Below, one piece after another: positions 39,750 through 51,581 of a stretch of 64,000 bases of DNA (within the stretch, counting starts at the first letter, position 1; the number at the start of each line of letters is the position of its first letter). Made by a program: the position numbers and the translations under genes. The notes beneath the pieces are model-generated. The model was not told the DNA's origin and did no database searches. It was given only the letters and a program-made list of their open reading frames with translations. This DNA comes from Amphiscolops sp. MND2022 (taxonomy: Eukaryota), in NCBI GenBank assembly GCA_964187785.1, contig OZ076409.1, forward strand, positions 83,144,001-83,208,000. Direction: 5' to 3'.

Positions 39750-41199
39750 TTGTGCACAGTGCTCATAAAATCTCCCATCTCTTGGGAAATCCTTTGATTT
39801 AAGTCTCCTGATAAACTGTTACACTCGCTACTTGAATCAACTTCCCTAGTGATGTGGCCATTTTGGGCATAACTTTTAATCTCTGCTTCTCGAGAATTAG
39901 AGTATGGCTGACCATTTTGGTTCAGTAAGGTTCCATAAGATGGGTTTTCAGGCTTTCTGCCCAAGTTGCTTGATATACGTTCTTCTCTGTCTAAACTATT
40001 CCCACCTAACATTATGTCAAGATTGTCTATATCAGGTAGCATATCTTGCTCTCTTGACTTTCTAACTTTCTTTTGCTTTCTAGTGGTAGGCATGAAAAAA
40101 CTCCGAGTAAAAATATTCGAATTGCTTCTAATAGGAAAATTACTTTGGGTAAGTTTAGCAAAAACCTGATTTCAAATGAAGGTTTACAAATTGCGTCTGC
40201 CTTAGGAGAGTGATTAGTATTTTTACCCTCTGATGCATGACAGTTGCATTTTTACATACCATCAGATCCACTTTTAACAAATACCAAATTCCATTATCAC
40301 GAGACTGATAGGAATCAGGGGGACGAAGGAATTTGAACAACTATGCATCCAAACAAATCGAAATGTTTACAAATCAACATCAAATAGCATCAAATGCATT
40401 AAAGCATTGCCGCACTTCAAGCATCTTTAAAATGAATCCATGAAGGACACGTGCCTACTCGTGTGGCTAAGAGGTTATCTAAGTCAACATAACTTTACAA
40501 CATGACGTTGAACAATATTTCATGAAATAAGCCTAATCTGGCCAATTGTCACATGAGCAACATATGATATTTGTCCGATAAATACATATGAAATAATCTA
40601 CCAAAATTAAGCGTCAATGAATAGCAACCCAAGTATAGGCAAGGGTAGAGGTTGGTGAAGAATAAAACTAAATAATCATTAGTGGCTAATCGGGAGGGTG
40701 ATTAGCATTACTTCAGTGCTTTACAATAAACAGCTGGAACCGGTCCTTTGACCAGCATTTCTTTCATGTACGGTGTAGCAGCGTCAAAAGGCCTTATTCG
40801 GCCATTAATATGAAAGCATATAAATTGTACAGCAAATAGTGAAAAGGGATTGGTCCGAGCGACGAGCGCAAGTACCGTCGCCGGAATAGCACTTTATCTC
40901 ACTTGAACTCGTTTCCTATACTGTTGATCAGTTGCCTTTTTCATACTATTGTTTCGAAATTTTTTCAGCGCTTTGCTAACTCAAACATCATCTTCAGCAA
41001 TTCAGCTTCAATGTTAACAGACTAATAACAAAACATTTTATATATTAATAATATCGTAACAAAGTATATTTAGTGTTAAAATAGGATAAATCCCAATTTA
41101 GCTAAATGTTTATCGGTTTCTAACTTTAGAAGGTCGGCAAAGTTCCGGGTATAATTTCCTGTCCTTCAGCTGTGGTTGTTATTCCTTCAGCCTGCGACA
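39750..41199 (-). mobile_element. Truncated LTR of a second Gypsy family containing a gag-like N-terminal ORF
   Basis: Minus-strand start TGTCGCAGG at 41199, then a long AT-rich tract and ORF MPTTRKQKK... (40093-39740). No matching far end or TSD. Confidence 0.5.
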
Positions 41200-43072
41200 C
41201 AATGTTTTCGCTAAAAATTGGGCAGGCCCTTGGCTATCTTTTCGCCAGAAAAGCAATTTTTGAGTGTTTCTGATCTTTGACAGTCAGTATTTCAGATCTG
41301 AAACCAAATACGGAAACACTTGTTCCGTAAATTGTACAAGGGTTTCGTAGGCTACGTCATAGCCTAAATCTGACGTCAAAATATTTCTGTTCCTTGTTTT
41401 CTGGCAAATAAAGATTAAAAAAGTGTCTGATTTTTTTTCCAAAGTGTTGTTCCTATTTTTCAGAATTGAAGTTAGATACGGAAACCATTCCCCTTTAGAG
41501 AGTATGACAAAGATGTAGGCTGTTTTTCATCATCAAAGTTTCCGTCATCAAGAATGACGCCTTCGTTTGTTCCAAAAAACACATGGAACTTTATTTTTCT
41601 CTTTTTTCTTAGTTCCTCAGAAATTTCTGACTTGAGACTAGAAACGTTCTTAATCTTTTCAGCCCAGCACCTGCAGGTTTTATAGCACCTTTTGGGCCTT
41701 TTTAAATTTTGAACGTTTCTGCTCCCAGCCAAAGCGACATTCCGTGGTGCTTATGTTTTATCTTCATTGTCTTTTGTCAACGGTGACTATCAGAAAATCT
41801 CAACGTCTGTGTGTCTGATGTGGCTGCGTGTCCAGACATTTTGGTTGTAATTTGGCTCAGTTGTACGAATTGTGCTTCTTTTCCGGCTGAATTGTAGATC
41901 CCTTGTCCTCGATTGGAAGGTTATCGCCGGGTAAGATGGGACTGTCATAGTTGTGCAAAAGTTCTCCCAGGACGTCCATTTGTTCTCCTTTGTTGACTCT
42001 TGGTAACCTATGCTGATTCTGCTTTCGATGTTTGCGAGTTCAATATCAGCTGCAGCAATTTCTTCCTTCAATTTTTTGTATGGTCTTCTGCGGACCGACA
42101 TCATTTTTCAGAGATTCGCGTCGAATTTTCTTCGTTTAGTCCCAATTGTGCTTAGAAAATTCTTTATTTCACGGCTTGTTTGTTCCCTAGTGAAACATCG
42201 TTTTTGCTGCATTTTGATAGCAGTTGAAAGTTATTTTCTGATATGTTGTTATGTGACAGAGCTATCAAAAATATATTCCAAAACTTGCTTTCCGGATGGG
42301 CTTTCCGTGCATTTTGAATGATTGTTTGGTTGATGCATATTCGTTTCTCATTGGTCGGTTTTATCCAAGCATTATCGTACAGCATACTAAATTTTGTTTT
42401 CCTGGTTGGATTATTATGTTCCATTCATAATATGAGTGTTTGATTGTTGTATCAAAGTTTTGCGGCGTATATGTTGTATTACTTCGGTTTCTTCTTATTC
42501 AACGATCTAGGGCCTAATGGTCAGTGGACAGATGTACGTTCCCTCCGTAGAACGTAAAACCATGGTAATAATTCTTTTTCGCCTAACGATAATTTCGTTT
42601 TCGGTGTCATTTAAATCCCTTCTAGCGTATGCTATCATTCGCCGGTCGTTGTCAAGTAATTGCGTAGTTTTTTAAACTAAATTATCCCGGTTTTTGGCAA
42701 ATTGGCCTAAGAGAGGGTGTTTTTGGCTGAAAATTAGGTGATTTTGTTAAAAATTGATTTCTCTTTCATTTTTCCACTTTACCTTACGTTATTCCACTAT
42801 AGTGATTCCAATCTCTCTTTATTATTTTCTTTTTCAGTTGTCTCATCTTATCCGACATCGATCTTCCTGGTAATTTGAATTCTCTATAATTTAGGGTAAC
42901 ACCTTGGTCACTCCCAGAATCAATTGAAAATGAACAAAAAATTGTGAGACTGAGAAATTATAACACTAATAGGAAAGTTACCCGGAAACGTCTTGGTGGT
43001 CCGCGCAATAACCCTACCAAAGTTTCGCGGGCGACGAGCAGTGCCCTGTATGTTATGCCCACATTTATGACC

Positions 43073-43635
43073 AACAAGCCGGGAACGGCCCAAGTCGGCG
43101 CCATATCTAAGGCTCAAAAACAGCAAAAGGATTTCCAAGTATTCTCTTCTACGGTACCTGAAAAACCCAAAAGTTGAACCGAATTGGCACACCAGAGGCG
43201 ACACTTTGACATTTTTCATCCATTCTGTCGCAAATCATCAAAAAAAATTGAAGGAGGGGCACTTTTGGTGAAATTTTTTTTAAAAAGTCTCACAATGCCG
43301 AAAAAATTGAAAGGGGGGACCCTTTGGGATTTTTCAACATCCGTTCTGTCGGAAAACTCCAAAAAAATTGAAGGGGGGACCCTTTGGGAAAAAATTTTTT
43401 ATCGAAAAAAAGTCTCACAGAGCCGAAAATACTTTAAGTCCCTTTGGACTTTGATGTAAAAAAGCTTTTAAAGTATTTTATTTAAATTTGCTATGTAAGA
43501 ATTGTAAGATTTTAAGATTGTAAGAATTGTAAGAAAAGTGGACCGATCAGTGTGAGGATTGTAGTCTGAAGAAAAAAAAGGTCACTGCTATAGTCGGGCA
43601 TTTTTCCTTAAAAGGAAAACGCGCCGACTAAAAAA
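43073..43635 (-). mobile_element. Helentron-like non-autonomous repeat
   Basis: AACAAGCCGGGAACGGCCCAAGTCGGCGCC...GCGCCGACTAAAAAA with internal GGGGGACCCTTTGGG sub-repeats. Confidence 0.65.
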
Positions 43636-45479
43636 CAACTAATGAAAATGGGGGATAAAAATGGAAAACAATACTGTTCACCTATCGAATTAGGATGACA
43701 CTTTGCATACCCCTAGACGAAAGGATGCCTAACAAAACTGTAGATGTATTTTTTGGCTATACACTTTAGAAGTGACTATTTACCATTCGTCCGTTGTGTT
43801 GCGCACTCCGAAATTACATCAGCTGGGAAACTTTGGTTGCGATCGGATCACCCCCTCCTAGATAAAAGTAAACCCCGTCCTATTTTACTCCCCACATTCG
43901 AGGAAAGGCCAATTTTGAGCACGAAACCGTGGATTTAGCGTGCCTCCACCCTTTTGAAGTTTTGTCAGGCGTATTGAGCTAGATCTCAGGATACGTCTGG
44001 TTTTCACCCCAACCCCCTGGGACCGAAAAGTGTCTTTTAAATGCTTTTTGACAGAAGATCGTCGTCTTCATTGCTAAGGATTCGTTTCAAGGGCGCCCTA
44101 AAAGGTATCAAAGTTGAAGTACATTCTAGGCGCAACTCTGTGACCACATGGTGACCAGTCGTGAGTACCGCTATGACAGGAAATGGGATCACTGTTTTCG
44201 ACATTGTGAATCGAACTTAGATCACGTTTAGGTCTAGTAGGTCCCAGGAACCAGTTTGAGGAAGGAATACTATTTAACTGGGGAGCCGTAACTGACACTA
44301 TTTTATACCGGAAACAACCTCTGTGACCAGAAAGTGACCGTCCGTACCAGAAATGCTCCAAAAGTTAGTGTAAAACAAGTTTCCTGATTTTTAATGCCAA
44401 CTCTTCAAACTTTATTTGAGACCCGATGCAACCGTATTAACATGTTTTGCTGATGTTTGAAAATGGATCATCTTTATTACCCCCGATAGCCTTCCAAGTT
44501 GATTATCCAAGTTGATACAATATATACTCTAGCCTGCATACAGGGAAAGTAACGTTTTATTATTCGTTGCCGAATCATGGTCTGTAGGTATTCATAACAC
44601 TTTTTTGCTGTAACTACTTCTTAACGCAAAATTGGGGTCTGTTTAGTTTACCTTACATTTACTATGTTTAGTTTTTTTCATTTTTTCGAATTTCTCATTG
44701 ACTTTTTCAAATTTTTGAAATTTTGTTTAAAATCTTTCTGCTTCTTAAGAAACAAAAAATTTGTTTTAACACGAGAATTTTAAAAGTTTTTTCTCAATTC
44801 TTTCCTCCAATAGCTCCTAGATGTACTCCAAGGAGATATATACTTGCCATTAAGTCTATAGGTAACGCGGGTTTCTCTGCGTGCTGAGGGGTACTGTGTA
44901 GCAAGTTTCCGGGGTTTAAATCTTGCGCTGGACCAAAAATTTTTACGCTTACAAAAGTGAATTGAAGACCAAATTGTCCCCTTTGGAATTTTTTCGGCGC
45001 TGTGGGACATTTTTTGGAATACTTTACATTTCACCGAAGTTATGTTTTCAATTTATTTGATGTTTTTAGCTAGGTTTAAACGTTTTGCGAGCTTAAAAGG
45101 CCACCTTTTTTATCTTTCTGACACTGGACGAATTGTAGTCCAAAATAATGTGTTTGTCGAATGTCTTTTCTGGTTATTTATTGGAAATAATTAAAACCCT
45201 TCTAGAACTAAGATTTTTTGAAAAAAAACGAAAAGTACTGACACTCTGAAGAAAACGTGTATGTTCTTACAAAGCTCACGTGAGCCACCATAAGGAACTG
45301 TCGGAGGGAATTGAAATTTACAAATTCTACTGAAGGACCTCTGCTTAATCCGAAAATTTTCTGACTCGGCCACCGGAGTAGGAAATGTGATAATTTTTAA
45401 CCTTGCCTACTGGGACAGAATTCTTTCAAATTAATACTCAAGATGTCGGTCCAATTCTGCGCTTACTTTAATATTCTTT

Positions 45480-45740
45480 CCCATTGTTCGACATCTTGAA
45501 TATCTTGCCAAGATCTTGCAAGTTCTGGGAAGATCTTCGAAGAAATCCAAGATAGAATCCAAGATCTTGTCAAGATATCCAAGATGAAATCCAAGATCTT
45601 GTCAAGATATCCAAGATGAAATCCAAGATCTTACCAAGAAGTTCAAGATGTCAAGACAAAACCTAAGATCTTTCCAAGATATTCAAGAATTAAGATTTTC
45701 CTAAGATCTAGGCAAGATATTCAAGATGCCGAACGCTGGC
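45480..45740. mobile_element. MITE with ~35-bp TIRs and CCAAGAT internal repeats (copy 1)
   Basis: CC..GTTCGACATCTTGAATATCTTGCC is inverted with GGCAAGATATTCAAGATGCCGAACGCTGG. Confidence 0.7.
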
Positions 45741-46525
45741 GACTATCAATTTTCTATGGGAAATTATCATTGATTAAAAAGCAAGGGGACGAAAATTAAC
45801 AATAGTTTGGGATTGCATAATCGTACAGATAAATGCGATTTTTGTTTTTCTCCATTTTATTTGCATCAAATGTAGAAAGGTGAAAATCTGATGCAACATT
45901 CCCTCTTGTTAGGTCAGTCACTGAAGCATATTTTTGGAATTACGTTACGATAACGTCATTCCAATTTCGACCCTCGGTCAAATGACATCATGGGCGAGTA
46001 TGCTTCAAACAACCAATCGAGAAAAAGCACGTTCAGTGGTACATTCATGTGGTGCTAAATTTAGTCTTGAAACGACCAACATTTGCAAGAAGACACAACG
46101 AAACAAGTCGGTTGGACTTTTAAGCAGCTAGCGTACAACCACACAGCTTGTTCTTCTCTTCGACAGGATACAAATTTATCATTTTTGTCGTTTGCTGTTC
46201 TCTTGTATTTGAGCTAAATTCGTTCTGTTCAAACAGTATTCGTACGTTTTGTGGTGTGAAATAAATTGCACCGTAACACAGCTATACACACTGAACTATA
46301 CAAACTACAGCTTTCGTTTTTGTACGAAGACGTAAACATTTACATTGATAGAGCAAATTTCGCTTCGTGTTGTGGAGATTTGTCGTCAAAACATTTCATT
46401 ATATTCTTTCATTTTGGCTCAAGTACAGCTTCGAAGCTTACAACGTTAAATTCAGCCTAGAATTACAGTTTAAGCCTTATTGCAAATTAGCAGATTGGTT
46501 GAAACTAGAAGTTCACGCAAAAGAA

Positions 46526-48334
46526 ATGGCCCCAAGGTCACGTGGAGGTCGTCGAGGGGGTGGTCGTGGGGGAGGTCGCGGTGGCCGATCTGGAAGCAAG
46601 CGTGGTGGTCGAGTTTCGAAAGGACGTGGTCGAAAGCCTTTCGGAGCCGGGTCCTCAAAAACCGGTAGCGATGCTCCTGAAAATATGAACCTTGAAATCT
46701 CAATCGATGATGTCCGCGCTTTGTTTCTCCATAGCACTTCCTTCGACCAACACAGAGACTCACAGACTCACGATCCTGCCGGTTACCAAGCAGCACTATT
46801 GGTTCTGATTGAACACAAACTGGAACTGAGTTCTGGATCCAAAGCCAGAGCTCTGGCAGCAGCGATTGCACGACACGATCATGACTTGACGCGCATGATG
46901 CTGAAATTGCCAGATGTTTTCGGCATGGTTGAAGTCACAAAGGCACTGTCTATGTTGGATGCAAACAGACAGTTGAAGAAAAACGAAGCACGCTTGGCGA
47001 AGTTGACAGACCTGAAAGAAACAAAGGAGCATAAAGTGAAAAACAGCAAGTTTGCGAAGCTTAAAAGCACTATTGGTAACTTGCAGTCACTGAAGGTCAA
47101 GGGATCCTTGAGTGGGGCGGTCGCTAGGCAAATCCAGAGATGGACAATCACCATTCCAAAAGATGAGCTGGAATTCTATGCTTTGCACTACCCCAAAGAA
47201 CCCTGGAAAGCAGTCGCAGATTTGTGCCACCTGAACCCTAAAAAACATTTCCAGCTGGACTGGTTTTTGCCCTACTGCTTTGGCGCAGATGCCCCTGAGG
47301 GGTCTCTGGCTTACCAGTGCTCCCAATTGACAAAGGAAAATTTGAATGAAGTTCTACAAACAGTTAACATTCCTTACGCTTACTTGAAAAAACTCAAAGA
47401 CTGGTTCGACGATGACACCAAAAAGCTTATTGCGACAAATCAAGATTTGTCAACAATCATATGGTGGTTCGAGGACCTCCAGTGCAAAGGGGTCAACGAG
47501 ATAATCGAAACGAAGCTAGATGCTGGAGAAAAAATCAAATTCAGCTATGGAAAACTGATGGAACGAATTTTTACCCTGCGGTCGAAGGCGCCACCCAAAC
47601 TTGTGAACAAACTGATGTCCTTGGCTGAAACTAACCTTCGGGAGATCTCATTGACCCTTGAATCCCCAATTGCGGTTTTGGGAGACAAAAGTGCATCTAT
47701 GAGCGTCTGTGTAAAAACCAGCAACATCATAGCGAGCTTGCTTGCCATGATCTGTGATGCGCATATAAACTTCTTCGATAACAAACTGGTTGAGCCACCA
47801 TTTTACCCCAAAGACGTGGCCTCTGTTTTGGAACTGAGTGACACTATCAAAGCCGGATGTTCAACTGCCCCCGCCGCCAGTTTGCTACCATTTTATGAAA
47901 AGAAACACAAAATAAATACATTCATTGTCGTTACAGATGAAGAAGAGAATACTTCCTGCAAATCTGGAGACCATTTTGACACATTGTTCACAAAATACGC
48001 CGACGAAGTTCACAAGGCCAAACTTGTTTTTGTGTCCTTTCTGTCTAGTCAAACAGACGATGGACAAATGGTTAAAAAACTGAAGAAAGCTGGTTTCTCA
48101 GAACTTGTTCAACAATTCAGGTTCGATCAATCGAGACCAGACTTGACAAAACTAGATCATATGTTCGCTGTGTTGTCTACAGCCGGAGACTGGTTCGAAG
48201 TTGAGGTCCAGCAGATGAAAGCCAAAATTGAAGCCGATGGGTTGTTGCCGGCCGCTCTGGGAAAATTGAACTTGAAAGAAGACAAGACAACCGAAGAGGG
48301 TTGGGAGTATGTAGCAGCTGATATTAACATTTGA
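46526..48334 (+). CDS. Intronless RGG-box + TROVE-like/vWA protein (Ro60-related), 602 aa, copy 1
   Basis: N-terminal RGG tract, helical middle region, vWA MIDAS IAVLGDKSASM, conserved T in GCSTAP, and FIVVTDEEEN as in Ro60/TROVE-family vWA domains. Confidence 0.75.
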   Translation: MAPRSRGGRRGGGRGGGRGGRSGSKRGGRVSKGRGRKPFGAGSSKTGSDAPENMNLEISIDDVRALFLHSTSFDQHRDSQTHDPAGYQAALLVLIEHKLELSSGSKARALAAAIARHDHDLTRMMLKLPDVFGMVEVTKALSMLDANRQLKKNEARLAKLTDLKETKEHKVKNSKFAKLKSTIGNLQSLKVKGSLSGAVARQIQRWTITIPKDELEFYALHYPKEPWKAVADLCHLNPKKHFQLDWFLPYCFGADAPEGSLAYQCSQLTKENLNEVLQTVNIPYAYLKKLKDWFDDDTKKLIATNQDLSTIIWWFEDLQCKGVNEIIETKLDAGEKIKFSYGKLMERIFTLRSKAPPKLVNKLMSLAETNLREISLTLESPIAVLGDKSASMSVCVKTSNIIASLLAMICDAHINFFDNKLVEPPFYPKDVASVLELSDTIKAGCSTAPAASLLPFYEKKHKINTFIVVTDEEENTSCKSGDHFDTLFTKYADEVHKAKLVFVSFLSSQTDDGQMVKKLKKAGFSELVQQFRFDQSRPDLTKLDHMFAVLSTAGDWFEVEVQQMKAKIEADGLLPAALGKLNLKEDKTTEEGWEYVAADINI

Positions 48335-48645
48335 ACATTAGAAATCTGGTCCTAGAAACTATAGACTTTATATTTTGATCAGAAACATTTGTCTAACAAA
48401 ATTATTGCCGTGATGTAGAAAAATATTATTTTGCTAAAAATGTATTTTATAATATGTTTAGTTTTGATTTCTATGTGTATATTTTGTTCTCACAGTTTGA
48501 GTGCACTCACAACTCCGTAATGTGTGAAATTTGTCACCAAACCTTTGATTTCCAAAACTCTCGGGTGGAAAATCAATAGTTTAAAGTAAAGATTTTTGAA
48601 CTTTTTTCACTCGACGCTTATGTGTGAGATACTCTTGTGATATTC

Positions 48646-49124
48646 TTAGTCGGCGCTTCATGAAGTGAAACGCGGCTATTATAGTGACTCTTTTTTTCAA
48701 TCCACACGAACTGACCAAAATAGTTCTACAAAAGTTCTACAAAACTTTATGGTCCCAAATTGAATCATTTGTTCTAGCGAACTGAACCAAAATGATTTTT
48801 CCTCTTTTTCCGCGTAACACCATACCGGGAGAGACTAAAGAGTCCCCTTTTCAGTTTTTTCGGCATTGTGAGACTTTTTTCGAAAAAACAATCCCCAAAG
48901 GGTCCCCCCTTCAATTTTTTGATGTTTTGCGACAGAATGCATGTTGAAAAATTCCAAAAGGTCCCCCTTTCAGTTTTTTCGGCATTGTGAGACTTTTTTC
49001 GGAGTCTTTTTTTCGAGAGAATTTTTTTCACCAATTTTTTCACCGTTCAATTTTTTGATGTTTTGCAACAATTAATGTTAAAAAATGCGAAAGGACCCCT
49101 CTTTTAGCGCGCCAGTTCCGTCGT
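48646..49124 (+). mobile_element. Helentron-like repeat cut by the duplication junction
   Basis: Nearly identical to 53702-54180 but lacks the 3' end seen at 54181-54286. Confidence 0.7.
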
Positions 49125-50535
49125 CTTCATTGCTAAGGATTCGTTTCAAGGGCGCCCTAAAAGGTATCAAAGTTGAAGTAAATTCTAGGCGCAACTCTGT
49201 GACCACATGGTGACCAGTCGTGAGTACCGCTATGACAGGAAATGGGATCACTGTTTTCGACATTGTGAATCGAACTTAGATCACGTTTAGGTCTAGTAGG
49301 TCCCAGGAACCAGTTTGAGGAAGGAATACTATTTAACTGGGGAGCCGTAACTGACACTATTTTATACCGGAAACAACCTCTGTGACCAGAAAGTGACCGT
49401 CCGTACCAGAAATGCTCCAAAAGTTAGTGTAAAACAAGTTTCCTGATTTTTAATGCCAACTCTTCAAACTTTATTTGAGACCCGATGCAACCGTATTAAC
49501 ATGTTTTGCTGATGTTTGAAAATGGATCGTCTTTATTACCCCCGATAGCCTTCCAAGTTGATCTTCCAAGTTGATACAATATATACTCTAGCCTGCATAC
49601 AGGGAAAGTAACGTTTTATTATTCGTTGCCGAATCATGGTCTGTAGGTATTCGTAACACGTTTTTGCTGTAACTACTTCTTAACGCAAAATTGGGGTCTG
49701 TTTAGTTTACCTTACATTTACTATGTTTAGTTTTCATTTCTTCGAATTTCTCATTGACTTTTTCAAATTTTTGAAATTTTGTTTAAAATCTTTCTGCTTC
49801 TTAAGAAACAAAAAATTTGTTTTAACACGAGAATTTTAAAAGTTTTTTCTCAATATTTTCCTCCAATAGCTCCTAGATGTACTCCAAGGAGATATATACT
49901 TGCCATTAAGTCTATAGGTAACGCGGGTTTCTCTGCGTGCTGAGGGGTACTGTGTAGCAAGTTTCCGGGGTTTAAATCTTGCGCTGGACCAAAAATTTTT
50001 ACGCTTACAAAAGTGAATTGAAGACCAAATTGTCTCCTTTGGAATTTTTCGGCGCTGTGGGACATTTTTTGGAATACTTTACATTTCACCGAAGTTGTGT
50101 TTTCAATTTATTTGATGTTTTTAGCTAGGTTTAAACGTTTTGCGAGCTTAAAAGGCCACCTTTTTCATCTTTCTGACACTGGACGAATTGTTTGCCAAAA
50201 TAATGTGTTTGTCGAATGCCTTTTCCGGTTATTTATTGGAAATAATTAAAACCCTTCTAGAACTAAGATTTTTTGAAAAAAAAACGAAAAGTACTGACAC
50301 TCTGAAGAAAACGTGTATGTTCTTACAAAGCTCACGTGCGCCACCATAAGGAACTGTCGGAGGGAATTGAAATTTACAAATTCTACTAAAGGACCTCTGC
50401 TTAATCCGAAAATTTTCTGACTCGGCCACCGGAGTAGGAAATGTGATAATTTTTAACCTTGCCTACTGGGACAGAATTCTTTCAAATTAATACTCAATAT
50501 GTCGGTCCAATTCTGCGCTTACTTTAATATTCTTT

Positions 50536-50796
50536 CCCAGCGTTCGACATCTTGAATATCTTCCCAAGATCTTGCAAGTTCTGGAAAGATCTTAGAAGAA
50601 ATCCAAGATAGAATCCAAGATCTTGTCAAGATATCCAAGATGAAATCCAAGATCTTGTCAAGATATCCAAGATGAAATCCAAGATCTCACCAAGAAGTTC
50701 AAGATGTCAAGACAAAACCTAAGATCTTTCCAAGATATTCAAGAATTAAGATTTTCCTAAGATCTAGGCAAGATATTCAAGATGCCGAACGCTGGC
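50536..50796. mobile_element. MITE with ~35-bp TIRs (copy 2)
   Basis: CCCAGCGTTCGACATCTTGAATATC...GATATTCAAGATGCCGAACGCTGG. Confidence 0.7.
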
Positions 50797-51581
50797 GACT
50801 ATCAATTTTCTATGGGAAATTATCATTGATTAAAAAGCAAGGGGACGAAAATTAACAATAGTTTGGGATTGCATAATCGTACAGATAAATGCGATTTTTG
50901 TTTTTCTCCATTTTATTTGCATCAAATGTAGAAAGGTGAAAATCTGATGCAACATTCCCTCTTGTTAGGTCAGTCACTGAAGCATATTTTTGGAATTACG
51001 TTACGATAACGTCATTCCAATTTCGACCCTCGGTCAAATGACATCATGGGCGAGTATGCTTCAAACAACCAATCGAGAAAAAGCACGTTCAGTGGTACAT
51101 TCATGTGGTGCTAAATTTAGTCTTGAAACGACCAACATTTGCAAGAAGACACAACGAAACAAGTCGGTTGGACTTTTAAGCAGCTAGCGTACAACCACAC
51201 AGCTTGTTCTTCTCTTCGACAGGATACAAATTTATCATTTTTGTCGTTTGCTGTTCTCTTGTATTTGAGCTAAATTCGTTCTGTTCAAACAGTATTCGTA
51301 CGTTTTGTGGTGTGAAATAAATTGCACCGTAACACAGCTATACACACTGAACTATACAAACTACAGCTTTCGTTTTTGTACGAAGACGTAAACATTTACA
51401 TTGATAGAGCAAATTTCGCTTCGTGTTGTGGAGATTTGTCGTCAAAACATTTCATTATATTCTTTCATTTTGGCTCAAGTACAGCTTCGAAGCTTACAAC
51501 GTTAAATTCAGCTTAGAATTACAGTTTAAGCCTTATTGCAAATTAGCAGATTAGTTGAAACTAGAAGTTCACGCAAAGGAA

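Noticed and set aside
41472..42424. Minus-strand ORF fragments (MMSVRRRPYKK... etc.)
   Set aside because: They look like decayed coding DNA, but I recognise no domain and cannot assign them.
46367..46525. N-terminal extension of the Ro60-like ORF from the track's non-ATG start
   Set aside because: Copy 2 has a stop here (TAG at 51552-51554); the first ATG is at 46526.
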